Origin: Auanema rhodensis
Lineage: Eukaryota > Animalia > Nematoda
Reading direction: 5' to 3'
DNA: 64,000 bases
NCBI GenBank assembly: GCA_964057225.1
Contig: OZ059894.1
Span: 17,422,001 to 17,486,000 of the forward strand
The translations under genes and the position numbers were made by a program. The notes beneath the pieces are model-generated. The model was not told where the DNA came from and ran no database searches. It worked only from the letters and a program-made list of their open reading frames with translations. Positions 27,501 to 40,200 of this stretch are shown here, piece after piece (positions within the stretch are counted from its first letter, which is position 1; every line of letters starts with the position of its first letter).

Positions 27501-27557
27501 GCATTGTTGGAACAGAAAAAAGAAGAACAAAGACTTAGTGTTCCTCAAATCTTTTAA
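24543..27557 (+). CDS. Nematode globin (glb family) with N-terminal extension and N-myristoylation motif, ~237 aa, 7 exons
   Basis: Exons 24543-24587, 24890-25034, 26744-26793, 26840-26944, 26992-27123, 27226-27348 and 27444-27557 splice in frame. Globin hallmarks: LSMEEKRMLEFCW (A helix), LLTLF (CD1 Phe), FKSHTANF (E7 His), LQTLGSQH (F8 His), GFQSMYWDIFTDC, EAWSRMILFILSQMKIGY (H helix). Starts MGNSQS. Confidence 0.9.
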
Positions 27558-29723
27558 TTTTTTTTGATCGTTTTGAGAATTTTCATTTGTTAATATCAGG
27601 ATGTGAATATAATCCAGAATTTTAAATTTTAAATTATATTTTTACTACCTACATGTACATAAACTATGATTTCAAAGAAAATAAAATATATTTGTGATGA
27701 TAAAGTATTAATTTTTAATTTTTTTTAAAATTTTTATTGAAATATTTTGGGATTGGGAGAATAAAATTTGAAGAACTTTTTGTTTTTCATGTTTTATAAA
27801 GTTTATTCATCATATACATATATGTATAGTATGTATATAAACACAATCGTATTGTTGTTTTCTTCATAACTGAATCAAAGGTTATTTTTTTATTTTTTTA
27901 AACTTTAATCTTGAACTTGTATTCCCTTAAGAACATATATATATAAACTAAAAAATATATGATATAACTATATAGTATGTTGTTATATGTATATATGAAT
28001 AACAAAAACTTATTTTTTGTCCTTTTTTTTTCTTGTAACTTTGATGCAACTTCACCGCATTTGATGAACGAAATATAGGACAACCAACAGTGTCCTCAGT
28101 CTTTCTAATCTATTGAGGTTTTAATGTAGAAAATGAATCAAAGTTGAAATTCAAATTGTCAGAAAAAAAAAGAGAAATGTGAATTATTTATGGAATTTAA
28201 ATGATCTCATCTTTTAACTATTGAACATACATACATATATAAATATTTCTACAACTAATTAAAATAAGAAAATTGCTGAAAGAAGTGCAGATACATGGAT
28301 AGTTTTTGATTTTCTTTCTCAATTTCAGAATATTTTCCATAAAATGAACGCAAAAATTCATTTTTTTTATTTCTGAAAAGGACAAAGATATAACTTGAAG
28401 AGAAAATTTCATCTGAAATTAAGATTGTAAAATCGAAGTGTATAAAGCGATACTTTGACTTAATTTTTTATGGATATATTCAAAGTTTATTTGAAAAAAC
28501 GTTGGCAGAAGTTTTACAAGGTACTTAAATGCCTTCTGATACTTGGAGTTCAAATGATTCTTTGTCAGATTGTTAACCATTTATTACCGAACGACAACAT
28601 TTATGACATTTCGTAGCTCAGATTTCAACTATCAGAGGTTTATGAGATACATATTTGTTGAATATCGATGATCAAAAATCGATTATACAATTTAATTGTT
28701 AAATTTATTAATAAACTATATAATAATATATGAAATAGTTTATATATTTATTTAAAAATGTTAAAAACATATACAATTTAACAAAATTAGATAAAACCTA
28801 TCTATAGTGAATTCGATTTGAAATGCAAGATTTGACCTTTAAAACTTTAATTCGTTTCTTTCTTCAAATTCAATTTAATTCAAAGAAAAAATCAGAACAA
28901 ACAATATGAAAACGGATTATCTAAACGTAAATAATTCTTTTTTCAAAAGAAAACTTTATGGAAAATCCCAGTTTAATCACATAATGTTAAAAGAAAAAAT
29001 TGGTTTTAGCATCATTTCATTGAATAAGCGTGTTGTATTTCAATTTAAAAAACTGTCGTATAACTATAATAAAATTAAAAAAATTGAAATTATTGGATAA
29101 ATATATGTTTGAAAACAAAACAAAAAAAAGGGAATCTTTGAAATATTTTTTTTTATTTTAATTTATCATTTTGATATAAAATTATTATTCAACCGCATTG
29201 TTTGTCTGTTTTGTGAAAATGAAATTTCACGTAAATTTAGACGGAAATCTTTTAATCAACTTCAAGCTTCACGTTTTTTGAAAGTTTTTAAAAAGTTTCT
29301 TATATTTATAATTCATCAAATACTTCAAATTCTTTTTTTGAAACAAAGGCAATCAGAAAACGAGTTAGTTTAACCGTTCATTTCAAGCAAATTCTACACC
29401 TCAAAGTTGAAAATGGAAGATTCTTTCCATTCTCTCTGACGAGTTTGTCCTCTTGTTTCAACATTATTCTCTCATTTTCCTTTTTGTGACTGTTTCTCTC
29501 TCTTTTACTTAGTTATATGGCTATGTAATCGCCAAAACTGAAGCATCTACTTGTAGTCTCAATGTCCAAATGTCTTAAAAACGTCTTAAAAAGGTCTCAG
29601 CCCCACCCAGGAAATCAACCACTTTCCTTCAAAGGTATTGAAGAAGAAGAGTAAGGCAGTAGTAGACGTATTGAGCAGTAAGATACGGTCGTCAACTATT
29701 CTATTCCATTCAATTTCAAAGTT

Positions 29724-32700
29724 ATGTGGGTTATATCTATTTTAGGTGAAGTTCTTCTATTTATAATTTGTTATAAACTATTTATTTATAGTTTTATTAT
29801 GCTTTCCAAACTATGTTCTAGCTTTAGACTGTAAATCAGCCAACAGAGGAAGAATACAAGTAATTTTTCTTTTAACTTAAATTTATAAATTTTTATTTTA
29901 ATTATCAAAAATTTTATATAAAATCTTAATGTTATAGTGGTATTTTGATCCATCTCATTGGACATGCTTTGCTTATCCAGTTGATTGTAATACAAATTTT
30001 AATGTTGAATTTAAACTTTATAATACCGAAGAAGAATGTACATTGAAGAATATGGGTTAGTAAAATATTTTAACTATACGTATAATAAAATTATAACTTA
30101 TAGTTAGATTATGGAAAACATATACATTGAGTTGTGGTCCATATCAACGTATGGCAGTATATGAACGATCAAATGTTTGATTATACTTGAATTGAATTTT
30201 TAAAAAAAAAATTTTATTTAGGGTGATCATATTCCTTATATATTTTCTTCGTCATTATGTCATTCGGATTCTAGTTCAGATATATGTAATAATAATGAAA
30301 CTTGTATGTCATTTAATGGTTTTGCTTATTGCTGTGGAAATACTGCTTTTCAAGGAAATGGGCCAAGTATCAATATATTCTTCTAATTATTATTCTATAA
30401 TATTAATATTAAGCTAGAGGAATTTTTAATTTTACTGGTGTAGGAGGAAAATCCAAATATATTTTACAAAAAGCTTCAACAGAAGCTCCAGTACCAGCTC
30501 CAAGAGATTGTAATACTGATGGAGATCGAAAAGAAATAGAAGTAACAGCTTTCCTTCGTCTCATTTCTTTTATATTATTGTATTCTATAGTGGTACCCAA
30601 ATGGTAAAATGATGTGTTTAAGTCGAAGAAAAGTTTGTTCAACACCCCAATTTGGAAGAGAAATAGTGAATGTTACATATAATACTCAACAAGAATGTAT
30701 GGATGCTCATTTTCGTATGTTTTAGCTTTTTTTAATTTATAGAAAAATAAAATTTGTTATAGCTAATTGGAAGATGTCATATCGATTAACTTGTTCGCCA
30801 GGATACTCAGCCGCTAAACAGGATGCAGCACTTATCTTCAGGTAATATTTTGAATTCAAATTATATATGTATTGATTAATTTTTTTTGTTGTTATAACAA
30901 AAATCTTGAAACATTAGAAGAATATATACAAAAATTTCATTTGTTATTACCATAGACATTAAGATTTGTCAAGACATTGGGTGTATCTGATATGAAAATT
31001 GAGAAATTTATTCTTCCTCTTCTTCTTCTTCATATTCCTCTTCATATGCCTTGGCTTCAGCAGCCTGAAAAAGAGATTTTTTGAAAATTGTTTTCGTTTC
31101 AAATTTTGAAAAAATTATAATTTCTTTATGAAATTATTTTGAATTATTGAAAGCATACTTCTAATTCTTCCTGAATTTCATGGGCATATTTTGCTATCAC
31201 CTTCTCGAACAAAGTGGGTGGAGGTGGAAGTCCAGGGAACACGGGGTAGGCATTTTTCTAAAAATGCCATGTTAGATATACTTCTGTAATTTGGAACATA
31301 CAGTTTCAAAGACCATTCTGCGTTCCTTGAAGTTTCTTCTATCAATTTGACGATCATACTTGGAGGAAATTTGGACTTTTGGCTGAAAATATGATATTTC
31401 AAAAAAAATTCGTGTTGGTTATGCTAACTGGATATCTTCCGCCGGTATCATCTGGATTTTGTCCAGTCTTCAGGTTATTACGAGCAACTTGACGAGAACG
31501 TTCATTCAACTCACGAAGCTGAAACAAATATTAAATAGATTTTACTCAAAGTTAAAAACTAACATCGTATTCTTGTCTTTCGTGTCTCTTCTCTTGATCG
31601 TATTTCTCAGCCTCGAGCTTACAAATTCTCTGATGAAGCTCTTTGATCTTGGCCTTGAGTTCTGATGCAGCAAAAGCACTGCTCACGGGAATGCTTTTCT
31701 CGATAGTTTGTATGATAGCCTTGAAAAAAATTATAATTGTCTTTAAAAAGCTCATTTCACTTACTCTCTTGGCTTCTTCTTGCTGTTCCTTGGTCATACC
31801 CATTTCTTGTTTAGCTTGAACAATATTTCCAAATTTGTCTCCCTTGTCAGATTTACGTTCAATGACAAAGTTTCTAAAAAAAAGATTTGAAAATGATTTA
31901 TGAGTTTAGCACCCTACCTTCCTCCTTGGCCAGCTGGAACTCCGAAAGCAGCTTCAGCTTTCTTCTTCTTTTCTTCCTCCTTCTTCTTCTTTTCCTCTTC
32001 CATTTTCTGTCTGCGAGCTTCCTATGAAATAATTATTTTAAATATAAAAGAAACTTTAAGTTCTAACCTCCTCATATCGTCTTTTCTCTTCTTCAGCCTT
32101 TTTCTTCTCTTGAGCTTCACGTTCTTCTTGCTCTCTTTCCTGACGACGCTTCTCCTGCTTCTCCTTCAGCTTGCGAAGCTCTTCCTCTTCCTAATAAATA
32201 GCAATTGTTAACATACGTTATGTTTTTTTATATATTTCTACCTTTCCTCTTTCCATCTTTCTTCTCTCTTCGTAATCCATCAGTTTGGCCTCATCGTCAT
32301 TATCGTGACGCTTCTTGGCAGCCTACAGCATACTTGTGTAAACGTATTCATCTTCAAAACCTACCAGCATGGCTTTTTCAGCTTCATTGAGATCTTCTCC
32401 ACCTTCACGAGCAGCACTGAAATTTCTAAATTTTAATTATAAGTAATCTCGTTCTTCTGTTAAGAGTTGTAGCTTAAACGTTAGCGATGCAATTCATTGA
32501 TTAGGTTGTATGTGGAATGTAGCGTAACTGTAATGTTTCAAGCTGTTCAAAGCATGATTATCTAATTATTAAGCCTTAACAATGTTTTTAATTAGTAATT
32601 ATTATGAAAAAAGACAGTTAAGCTGTTTCTTTACTTCTTTTGCAAAAGATGAAAGGGTTGATTATTTGAGAATTATCAAAAATTCTTGTTTTCTTCTCCG

Positions 32701-34708
32701 TAGTTTTGAGAAATCAAGATATTTCTAAGCCAGGTTGAGACATAGCGATGATTCCCATCGACTTGAAGCTCTCGAACTGTATGGCAGAAGAAAGATCAGA
32801 ACAAACATGCAAGGAGAGAGGAAAACATACAAAGCGGACAGAAGATTCGCACTCTCTGAGTTCTCTGAATTCCTCTCTCGTAATCATTCTTTTTCTTTAA
32901 CCCTCTTGCTTGTTTCCTTTTTTAATTCTTAATCTCTTTTTCTCTCTTTTTCTTCAACATATGTTATTTCTCATCCCTCTCGCTCCGTCTCTCTCTCTCA
33001 TGCTTTCTCTCGATCTTTCTCAATCTTTTAAAATTGTTATCATGAATAATTAATAGCAAAAAAGTAATTTTATAGGAGAAGCAGGTTAAAAAGCGTAAAA
33101 AGGCAAAGGGAATGGGTAACATTAAATAATGCTTAGACTACGGTATCTAAGATGAAAAAAATGCGTGTCGATATAGTGCGGGTGCTGAACGAAATGTGTG
33201 TGCTCACCGTCGTGGAGGACTGCAAATAAGAACCTACAGACTATCAGCTTAAGCTTCAAAGCTTGAGCTCATAAAAGGATAAGAATCCATTAAAATAATT
33301 CTTCTTATTAAATACTATACAAATTTGTGCAAATTATAATAAGTGATAACTAATTTGGGAGTGAAAGATTTGAAAAATAAAAATATATTTTGAAAAATAA
33401 AATAAAAATGTTGTAACTTAAAAACGTACGCTTCTTCTTCTTCCTCTTCCTCTTCTTCTTCTTCTTCCTCAGCTGGATCTTCTACTACTTCTTCAACCTC
33501 AGCCTCGGCTTCTTCCTCGATCTCCTCCTCTTCCTCGTACTCGGAACTGAAAGTTTCAAGTTTTTGATTAATAGTTTTCTCTTATAAATCCAAATATTCA
33601 AATTCTTATAAATGATTGAAACAGAATACTCACTATTCCTCGTCGGACATGGCTTTGGCTGAAAAAAAAACCAAATCAAAATTCCAAAAAAAATACGAAA
33701 ATATAAGAAAAATTTATGAGAAAGTCATGCTTTTTCACAAAAAAATTAACAAAGTCAGCTTCTTGCTGATAAACTCTTAGAAAATTGGAAGAGCAACTGA
33801 ACAGAATCTGCAACAAAGCTTAGTGTAGACTGTTGAGAGCTGACTGTTTCATATGCGTAGGCCGACTGAAGCAGGACAGTGAAGGACGGAAGATAAGAGA
33901 GATATAAGAAAAAGAGGTAAGAGTGATAGAAGAAATGAAAGAGGAAGTGTGGAAGATGAACGAGTGAAGCTCAGACTGAATGAAAGAATTATGAGGTTCG
34001 AGACAGGCTTCACTCCTCCCCGTATCCCCTCCTCCTCCACTTCGTTCTCGACGTCGTATACGAAGGCGATATGTTGAGTGCTCCGCACTGTTTGTTTTTC
34101 TAGATCTGCCAGAATCTGAATCTCACCTCATGAAACATTTCTTCGAAAAATCTCTCAGGATTAAGCTCTTTCTAATTATCTTTCATACTTAAAATCTCTC
34201 ACACATCTACACTATTCGAACAGTTTATATCTTCCAATCCACTTTCTCTCCTTTACTATCGTATTGGTCTCTAATCTTCGCCATGCCAATGGAACTTCTT
34301 CTAATCGTGTTCTTCTCTCATCCAGTAGCTGGATATGATTGGGATGTCTCTTCTGTGTTCAGGGGAATAATTGAATTTAGTTTCAATAGAAAAATGAATA
34401 TAAATTATATTTTTATCAATCTATATATACACATATCACATACAAAAGCATTTATTTTTAATTTTCAGTAAAGATAAATGTGGTTCTATGCATCATTCAG
34501 ATGTTTGTAATAGAGATGAATATTGTGCTTACAAGAGTTCTTCACCATTTGCTTTCTGCTGTAAGCGAAGTTCAGATTCCTGTACGTTTCTGAATCTTTT
34601 TTTAAAAAAATTATATTTGTCATCATTCTAGATGTGATCTCATATGTTGTTTATGGAAAAAATTATCGAAGACGTATCAGACGTCAAGCTGCAACAGTTG
34701 AAATTTAA
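29724..34708 (+). CDS. Uncharacterised secreted Cys-rich protein, ~314 aa, with two tandem [degenerate Kunitz-like + lustrin/WR1-like] units; host of the nested troponin T gene
   Basis: Exons 29724-29745, 29792-29859, 29938-30055, 30104-30174, 30222-30366, 30414-30541, 30591-30714, 30763-30841, 34469-34581 and 34632-34708 total 945 nt with no internal stop. Signal peptide MWVISILVLLCFPNYVLA. Unit 1 IFSSSLCHSDSSSDICNNNETCMSFNGFAYCC aligns with unit 2 IFSKDKCGSMHHSDVCNRDEYCAYKSSSPFAFCC. Confidence 0.8.
31008..33650 (-). CDS. tnt-4: Troponin T (most similar in my recollection to the tnt-4 type), multi-exon
   Basis: Spliced translation: MSDEEYSEYEEEE (acidic N-terminus), [117 protein letters not shown], poly-E tail. 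Family call is firm; paralogue assignment is less certain. Confidence 0.93.
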
Positions 34709-35283
34709 CATTTTCTTGAGTAAACATATGTTTTTTTTATAATTGTGAATATATTTCTTTCTAATTTTATTATTATTTTTTAAATTAAAATATAAAAATT
34801 ATTATCGAATCCGTTTATTTGTGTGAGCGCGAGATCATTTCAACGAACGTACGTGGAACGATACCGAAAAAAAGAAAAAAAACTTATAAAAATGAAAACA
34901 AAGAAGAAAAAAAAGAAAACACAACTACATACAGACATATATAGTCAAATAATAAGCTTAGAACCTATAAATACAACACCGGAATTCTTATTTCCTTAGA
35001 AGTAAAGGAAGGCTTTCATTAAATGTTTCCTACAGAAGAGAAAAAAACATTTTTTTTCAATATGAATAGTTAAATCTCAAAGTTAAATCCGGTTATTACG
35101 TACAAATTCTATTGAAATATGAATATTATTATATTTTTTTATAATTTAAATAATTTTTTTTGTTTGAAAACAAGAAATATGCAAGATATGTATGCCATAT
35201 AGATATCTCAGAACAGATAAAGTTAAGCTTTTTTCTTAAATCAAAAAGCTTTTTTGATTAAAAAGATGGAAAAATAAAAAAAT

Positions 35284-37259
35284 TTAATTGAACAACCAGA
35301 AGAGAGCTGGTCGAGGTGATTGAGGTTGTTGGCGTGGTGGTATTTGTACTAAAGGCTGAATACATTTACAATCATGAAGGAAAATATTTCCGAAGTCGTG
35401 ACATCGTCCACACCTGTAATTAGGAAATTCTCATAGTTTTCTTCAATTTTTTTTGCATTTATCATAACAATAATATTATTATTTAATACTAACCATCCTA
35501 AAGAAAATACATCTTTACATGTATTTGTAAGCCAATCAAAACTACAACCAAGTTGCTCCAATGATGAGTTGGCTGCTTGACCGTTAATTACCTAAATAGA
35601 CCAAATATATAAAAAAATATATTTAATATGTCTTAATAATGATCTAAACTCAATACTTACCTCAAACCGGTTTTCTGGTTGCGGAGGTGGTGGAGGTGGC
35701 GGTGGTGGAGCTATAGGTGGAGTAATTGGTGTTCCTAGACCATTTGCAAGATTATTTGGCACAAGCTGAAAGAATCGAACAAATTAATATATAGTCTTGA
35801 ATTATATTCTCACAGCAGTTGGAAGATTAGCTGGTGGCGGTAACATTGGTGGACTCAGATTTCCAATTCCTGTTAATTGAGGAAGTTGGCCCGTTAACTA
35901 AAATTTGCGTTATGTACTATATTACTTGATTATTTCAACAAACTTGAGGTGGAGGCCCAGCAGTTTGTACATCTTTAGTTGCACCCGGTTGTGGAACTTG
36001 TGGTACTGGAAGGAAGAGCTGACCAGCTTGTTGAAGTGGCGATGGTTGTGGAGGAGGTAAAGGAGGAGGCATACCACTCAAACCAATGTTTGGAATTATA
36101 CGATTAGGAATAACTGGTTGATTCTTAAATATAATTTTTTAATAAAATTGGATTTGAAGAGCAGAACAACTACATTAGTAGCTTGTCCAATAACTGTTTG
36201 AGCAAATGTTCTTGTTGTTGATGGTGCACGAGATAAGAGCATTGGCTGTACAAAAGCTGGAGGTGGTTGCTTGAATTCATGTCGCTCTTCTGTTATAGAT
36301 GATACAATAGGCTGATTCTAGAAAAACAATTATATTGATTATATGATGAATATATGTATTTTTACTTTAGCTGGTGAAGCTGTTGTTGGAATAGGCATTG
36401 GAGTTGTTTTCTGAATAATAATATCTTCTGTTTTAACAGCTACAGTTGTTCTTTCCATGCTTCTAGCATACTGCAAATAAATATTTAAATTTTATAAAAT
36501 AATATCAAATAAACCTCATTAGCTTCTGTCATTGTCAGATTATCTTCAGATAATTTATTTCCATGATGTTTATCCTCATCATAATTATAAGATATAATTT
36601 GAACAGATTCTGAAATATATAAGAAAATCGTTTTTAATTTCCATCAATAAAACGTTTAAACAACTTTTTCCGTGAAGTTCAGCATATTTAGATAGTTACG
36701 TGAAACATTTGAACGTCAGAAATAACCGTAAACTCTCATTTTATTTCGAAAAACGAAAATGAACGGTTGAATGTTTTTCATTTTTTTCAGTTTTTATAGA
36801 AATTCAAACGATGTTTAAGAAATTTTCTTATAAATTCAATAAATTATCAGATGTTTACCTGGTTTTTGAACTGCTAACTCATGAATAGGTACAGCTTGTG
36901 CTCTCTTTGTAAATCTACCAGAAGCTCTATATAACCTAGGTTCATCTATAATAATTTTAATAAATAAAATTAGAAAATACAAATATTAAACCACTGCTGA
37001 ACGATGCAATATGTTGAACATTTCTGAATACTCTTGATCTTAAAGGTCTCGAATAAGATGGAAATGTAGGCGAACTTCGTAGAATTCGTCTATATGCTGG
37101 GTATGAAGCTGCTTCTACATATATTTGGCCATTATATGCCTTTTCTTGTGCAAAACTCTAAAATATTGAATAAGGAATACTTAACAGTGATTAATCAAAA
37201 TATACATTTCCAGCTGCTTCGATTTGGCATACAAGCCATGCCACAAGGAATATCCTCAT
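35284..37259 (-). CDS. Uncharacterised secreted proline-rich protein with C-terminal 6-Cys module, 11 exons
   Basis: Signal peptide MRIFLVAWLVCQIEAA after TTTTCAG. In-frame GT-AG exons give a Pro/Gln-rich middle (MPPPLPPPQP, APPPPPPPPPQP) and the C-terminus GCSFDWLTNTCKDVFSLGWCGRCHDFGNIFLHDCKCIQP...LFWLFN*. Confidence 0.82.
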
Positions 37260-40200
37260 TGAGTGGGCTGAAAACCCCTGAAACAAATAAGAAAATTTGA
37301 ATAGTAAATAGAAAATATAAGAAGAAATTAAAGAGAAAACAATGATGCCATATATGTACGTGAAGGTTTAAAATATAAACACAAATAAGCTGAAAATGAA
37401 GCCGGTTCGATGAATGACAAGGAAATATCTTCGGTCGTCGGAGGTGGGGGGGGAGTCGATGCAATGAAGAAGGGGTTGGGGGATTCAAAATTGGTTCAAA
37501 CTTGAATGTTCTCATATGGTTGGACGATCAATTTAGAGACAATTCCATATATTTAAATTCATATCACTGAGAACAGAGAGAGGAACTTAGACAAGGCTTA
37601 GGACTAAATGGGCCAAGGCAGGCTTTGGAGTGGTGCATCACATTTCTCGAGGATAGAGCGAGATTTCAAACGTGAATCTATGTTTCCGTTTTCATATTTG
37701 GCCTTTGTTTTTATGTATAACTAATTAAATAATTCTATATGTAATGAGAATAAAAATGAAAAAAAAGAAAGTTAATATAATTAGAATGATCATAAGAGAT
37801 GATGCCAATTCTGAATCTCTTCAGTTTTGATGATCCTGACCCTTGAATAGCCACTTAACTAAGTTTTCAGAATATTATAAGATAAATTGATGTTACTTAA
37901 ACAATAAAAAAGGTGATTTGTGACAAAAACTGTAAGAGAAGCTTCAGACTTGAATTGCTGAGGCGGAGAAAATTCTTTGATGTCGCAAACTGCTGAAAAT
38001 AGCTCTTAGTCTTAGTCCAAAGATATGGCCGAAGCGAAGATTAACGGCCAGTATGGCTTCAATATCGGGAGAAAAAAGTCTGAATAGTCAAAAATCGAAT
38101 AGATTTTCATTATAATTATTTAAGAAAAGTATATAATTAGTAATATTATATGAAAAAGGTTAAAATATTTATAAAAAATGAAAATTTAAAGGAAAATACT
38201 AAACAAATTAAAATAAAATATGAAGAATTAACAAAGATATTTGAAATAATATCTAATGAGAATTCATTTAACATAAAGGCATGAACATGCTACGGTTAGC
38301 ATGGGAAACTTCCTGTAAATTCAACTCGCGACTATGAAGTTTTTCTTCTGATCATCGAAACTGACAACCAAATTTGAAAGGAAAAGCATCCATATCTGAG
38401 AGTTTGATCATTCGCATTGAGAATTACACCGTAATTCAAAGGCGTTAGAAAACTGTTGTAACATGATATGTGAGAGGATTCTTGATTCGTTTCCTTTTAT
38501 TCATACTTACAGTTGTTTATGTCTAGAAAGCTGATTTAACCTTTCTTCGATGATTTTCAGAAGGACATTCATTACGAAATAAGTGTAATATCAAAAGAAT
38601 ATTTGTAGTTAACCTCTTTATTGTCAAAAGGAATCTTTGCCAAAGGCAACAGTATAGTCTTATAAGATCAAACTTCAAATAGGCTAGTATGAGTAATCTT
38701 CAATTGGCAAAAACAATATATTTTAATTTTTTTTTACATCAAATGACTAATCTTACAAGAAAATCCATGTGTTCCATTTGAGGCGAATGAAAGATTGAAA
38801 TTTCGTCCAAAATTTCACCGTAAATGAGATAACAGGAAGATCGAAATAAATGATGATTCTAATGTTTCTTCTATTTGGAATTACGATATGAATTCTAACT
38901 GATCGAAATTCGAAATTTCAAATAAATATTCGTGGAATATAAACAAGAAAAAGTAAGAAAATTGAATGAATAAGCAATTGCATTCATAAAATCTTTGAAG
39001 TGTTTCACTTTTTTGAAGAAAAAAAGAATGAAATCCATTAAATTTACTAGATATATGTATTAGGAGTTAATAGAGAATATGAGAAAAGACTAGATGAATA
39101 CTAGGATATCCGGATAGAATGCACCTTGTCGTAGACAGGTAATCTGATGTTTGACGTCAACGTCAACGATTCTGTTGGCCTCAGTTACAATTGTATGTAA
39201 CGTGAAACAGCTCTGGAGGAACATTAGAATGAAGATCGAAGATGGAGGCAAAAGAAATGAAGTCGATGGGATGTTGAATGATTCGTCTTATTTAGCCAAA
39301 CGAGATCGACGTCAAAAGTGCGAAGAAGATGGTCTACGAACAAATCAGCTGCGTCTAAGATGTCTTTCTATGTTGGGTTCTAACTCTGAATTCTGTGTCA
39401 CCAATCCATTTGTCTTTCACTTCGGTCTCTCAGTATCTTTTGCCTTCTTCAAACGCTTGGAACGGATTCAGGTCAATCGGCGATTGCCTTTTGGGGTAAG
39501 GTTCAGCACTAGTTTTCCTATTGTTACGCAACTCGAGAAAAATATAGTGGAAATCGAGAGGAACTCTAAGCGATATCCAGTACGAACACAAGCAGAGAAC
39601 ATCAGTAATTTCATTCAAATTCAGACCATAGCACGTGGCGTCGATTAACATTCATCATTATAGAATTCAATGTTTGACTTCAATCCTTCAATAATATTAT
39701 TCTTATATCGTTAGATTCATGCATATAGACCTACTTCAATCAGGAAAATTCTCTTTTTTTTTCTAAAATATCGTCGAAAATGAGAAGAAGTTGAAGTAGA
39801 TGTAAGGTTAGCAAACAAAACAAAAACTTTTAATCTTTTGGATATCTTGAATTTTTAATGATAATGCTATAATGAATCTTTAATATTCTCATTCAAATAA
39901 CATTGAATAGTAAAAAAACAAGTTTTTTATAAGCTGGAACATGACTTCAAAGTTGATATTCTTATTCAAAAACCTTTAAGAACTTTTAACAACTGTTTAA
40001 GCAACAGAGCACCCAAAATTTCTTTTTATTAGAGGAAAAGTCTTATAATTGATAGTGAATTATCTTTGCCATTAAAAAATAAAAACAAAAAAAAATTATA
40101 TAAGTTAATTATAAATATAATTAAAGATATTATATAATTAATTTAAATACAAAATAAATTTCTAAATAATATGTATATTATAAATATATAAAGTATATGT

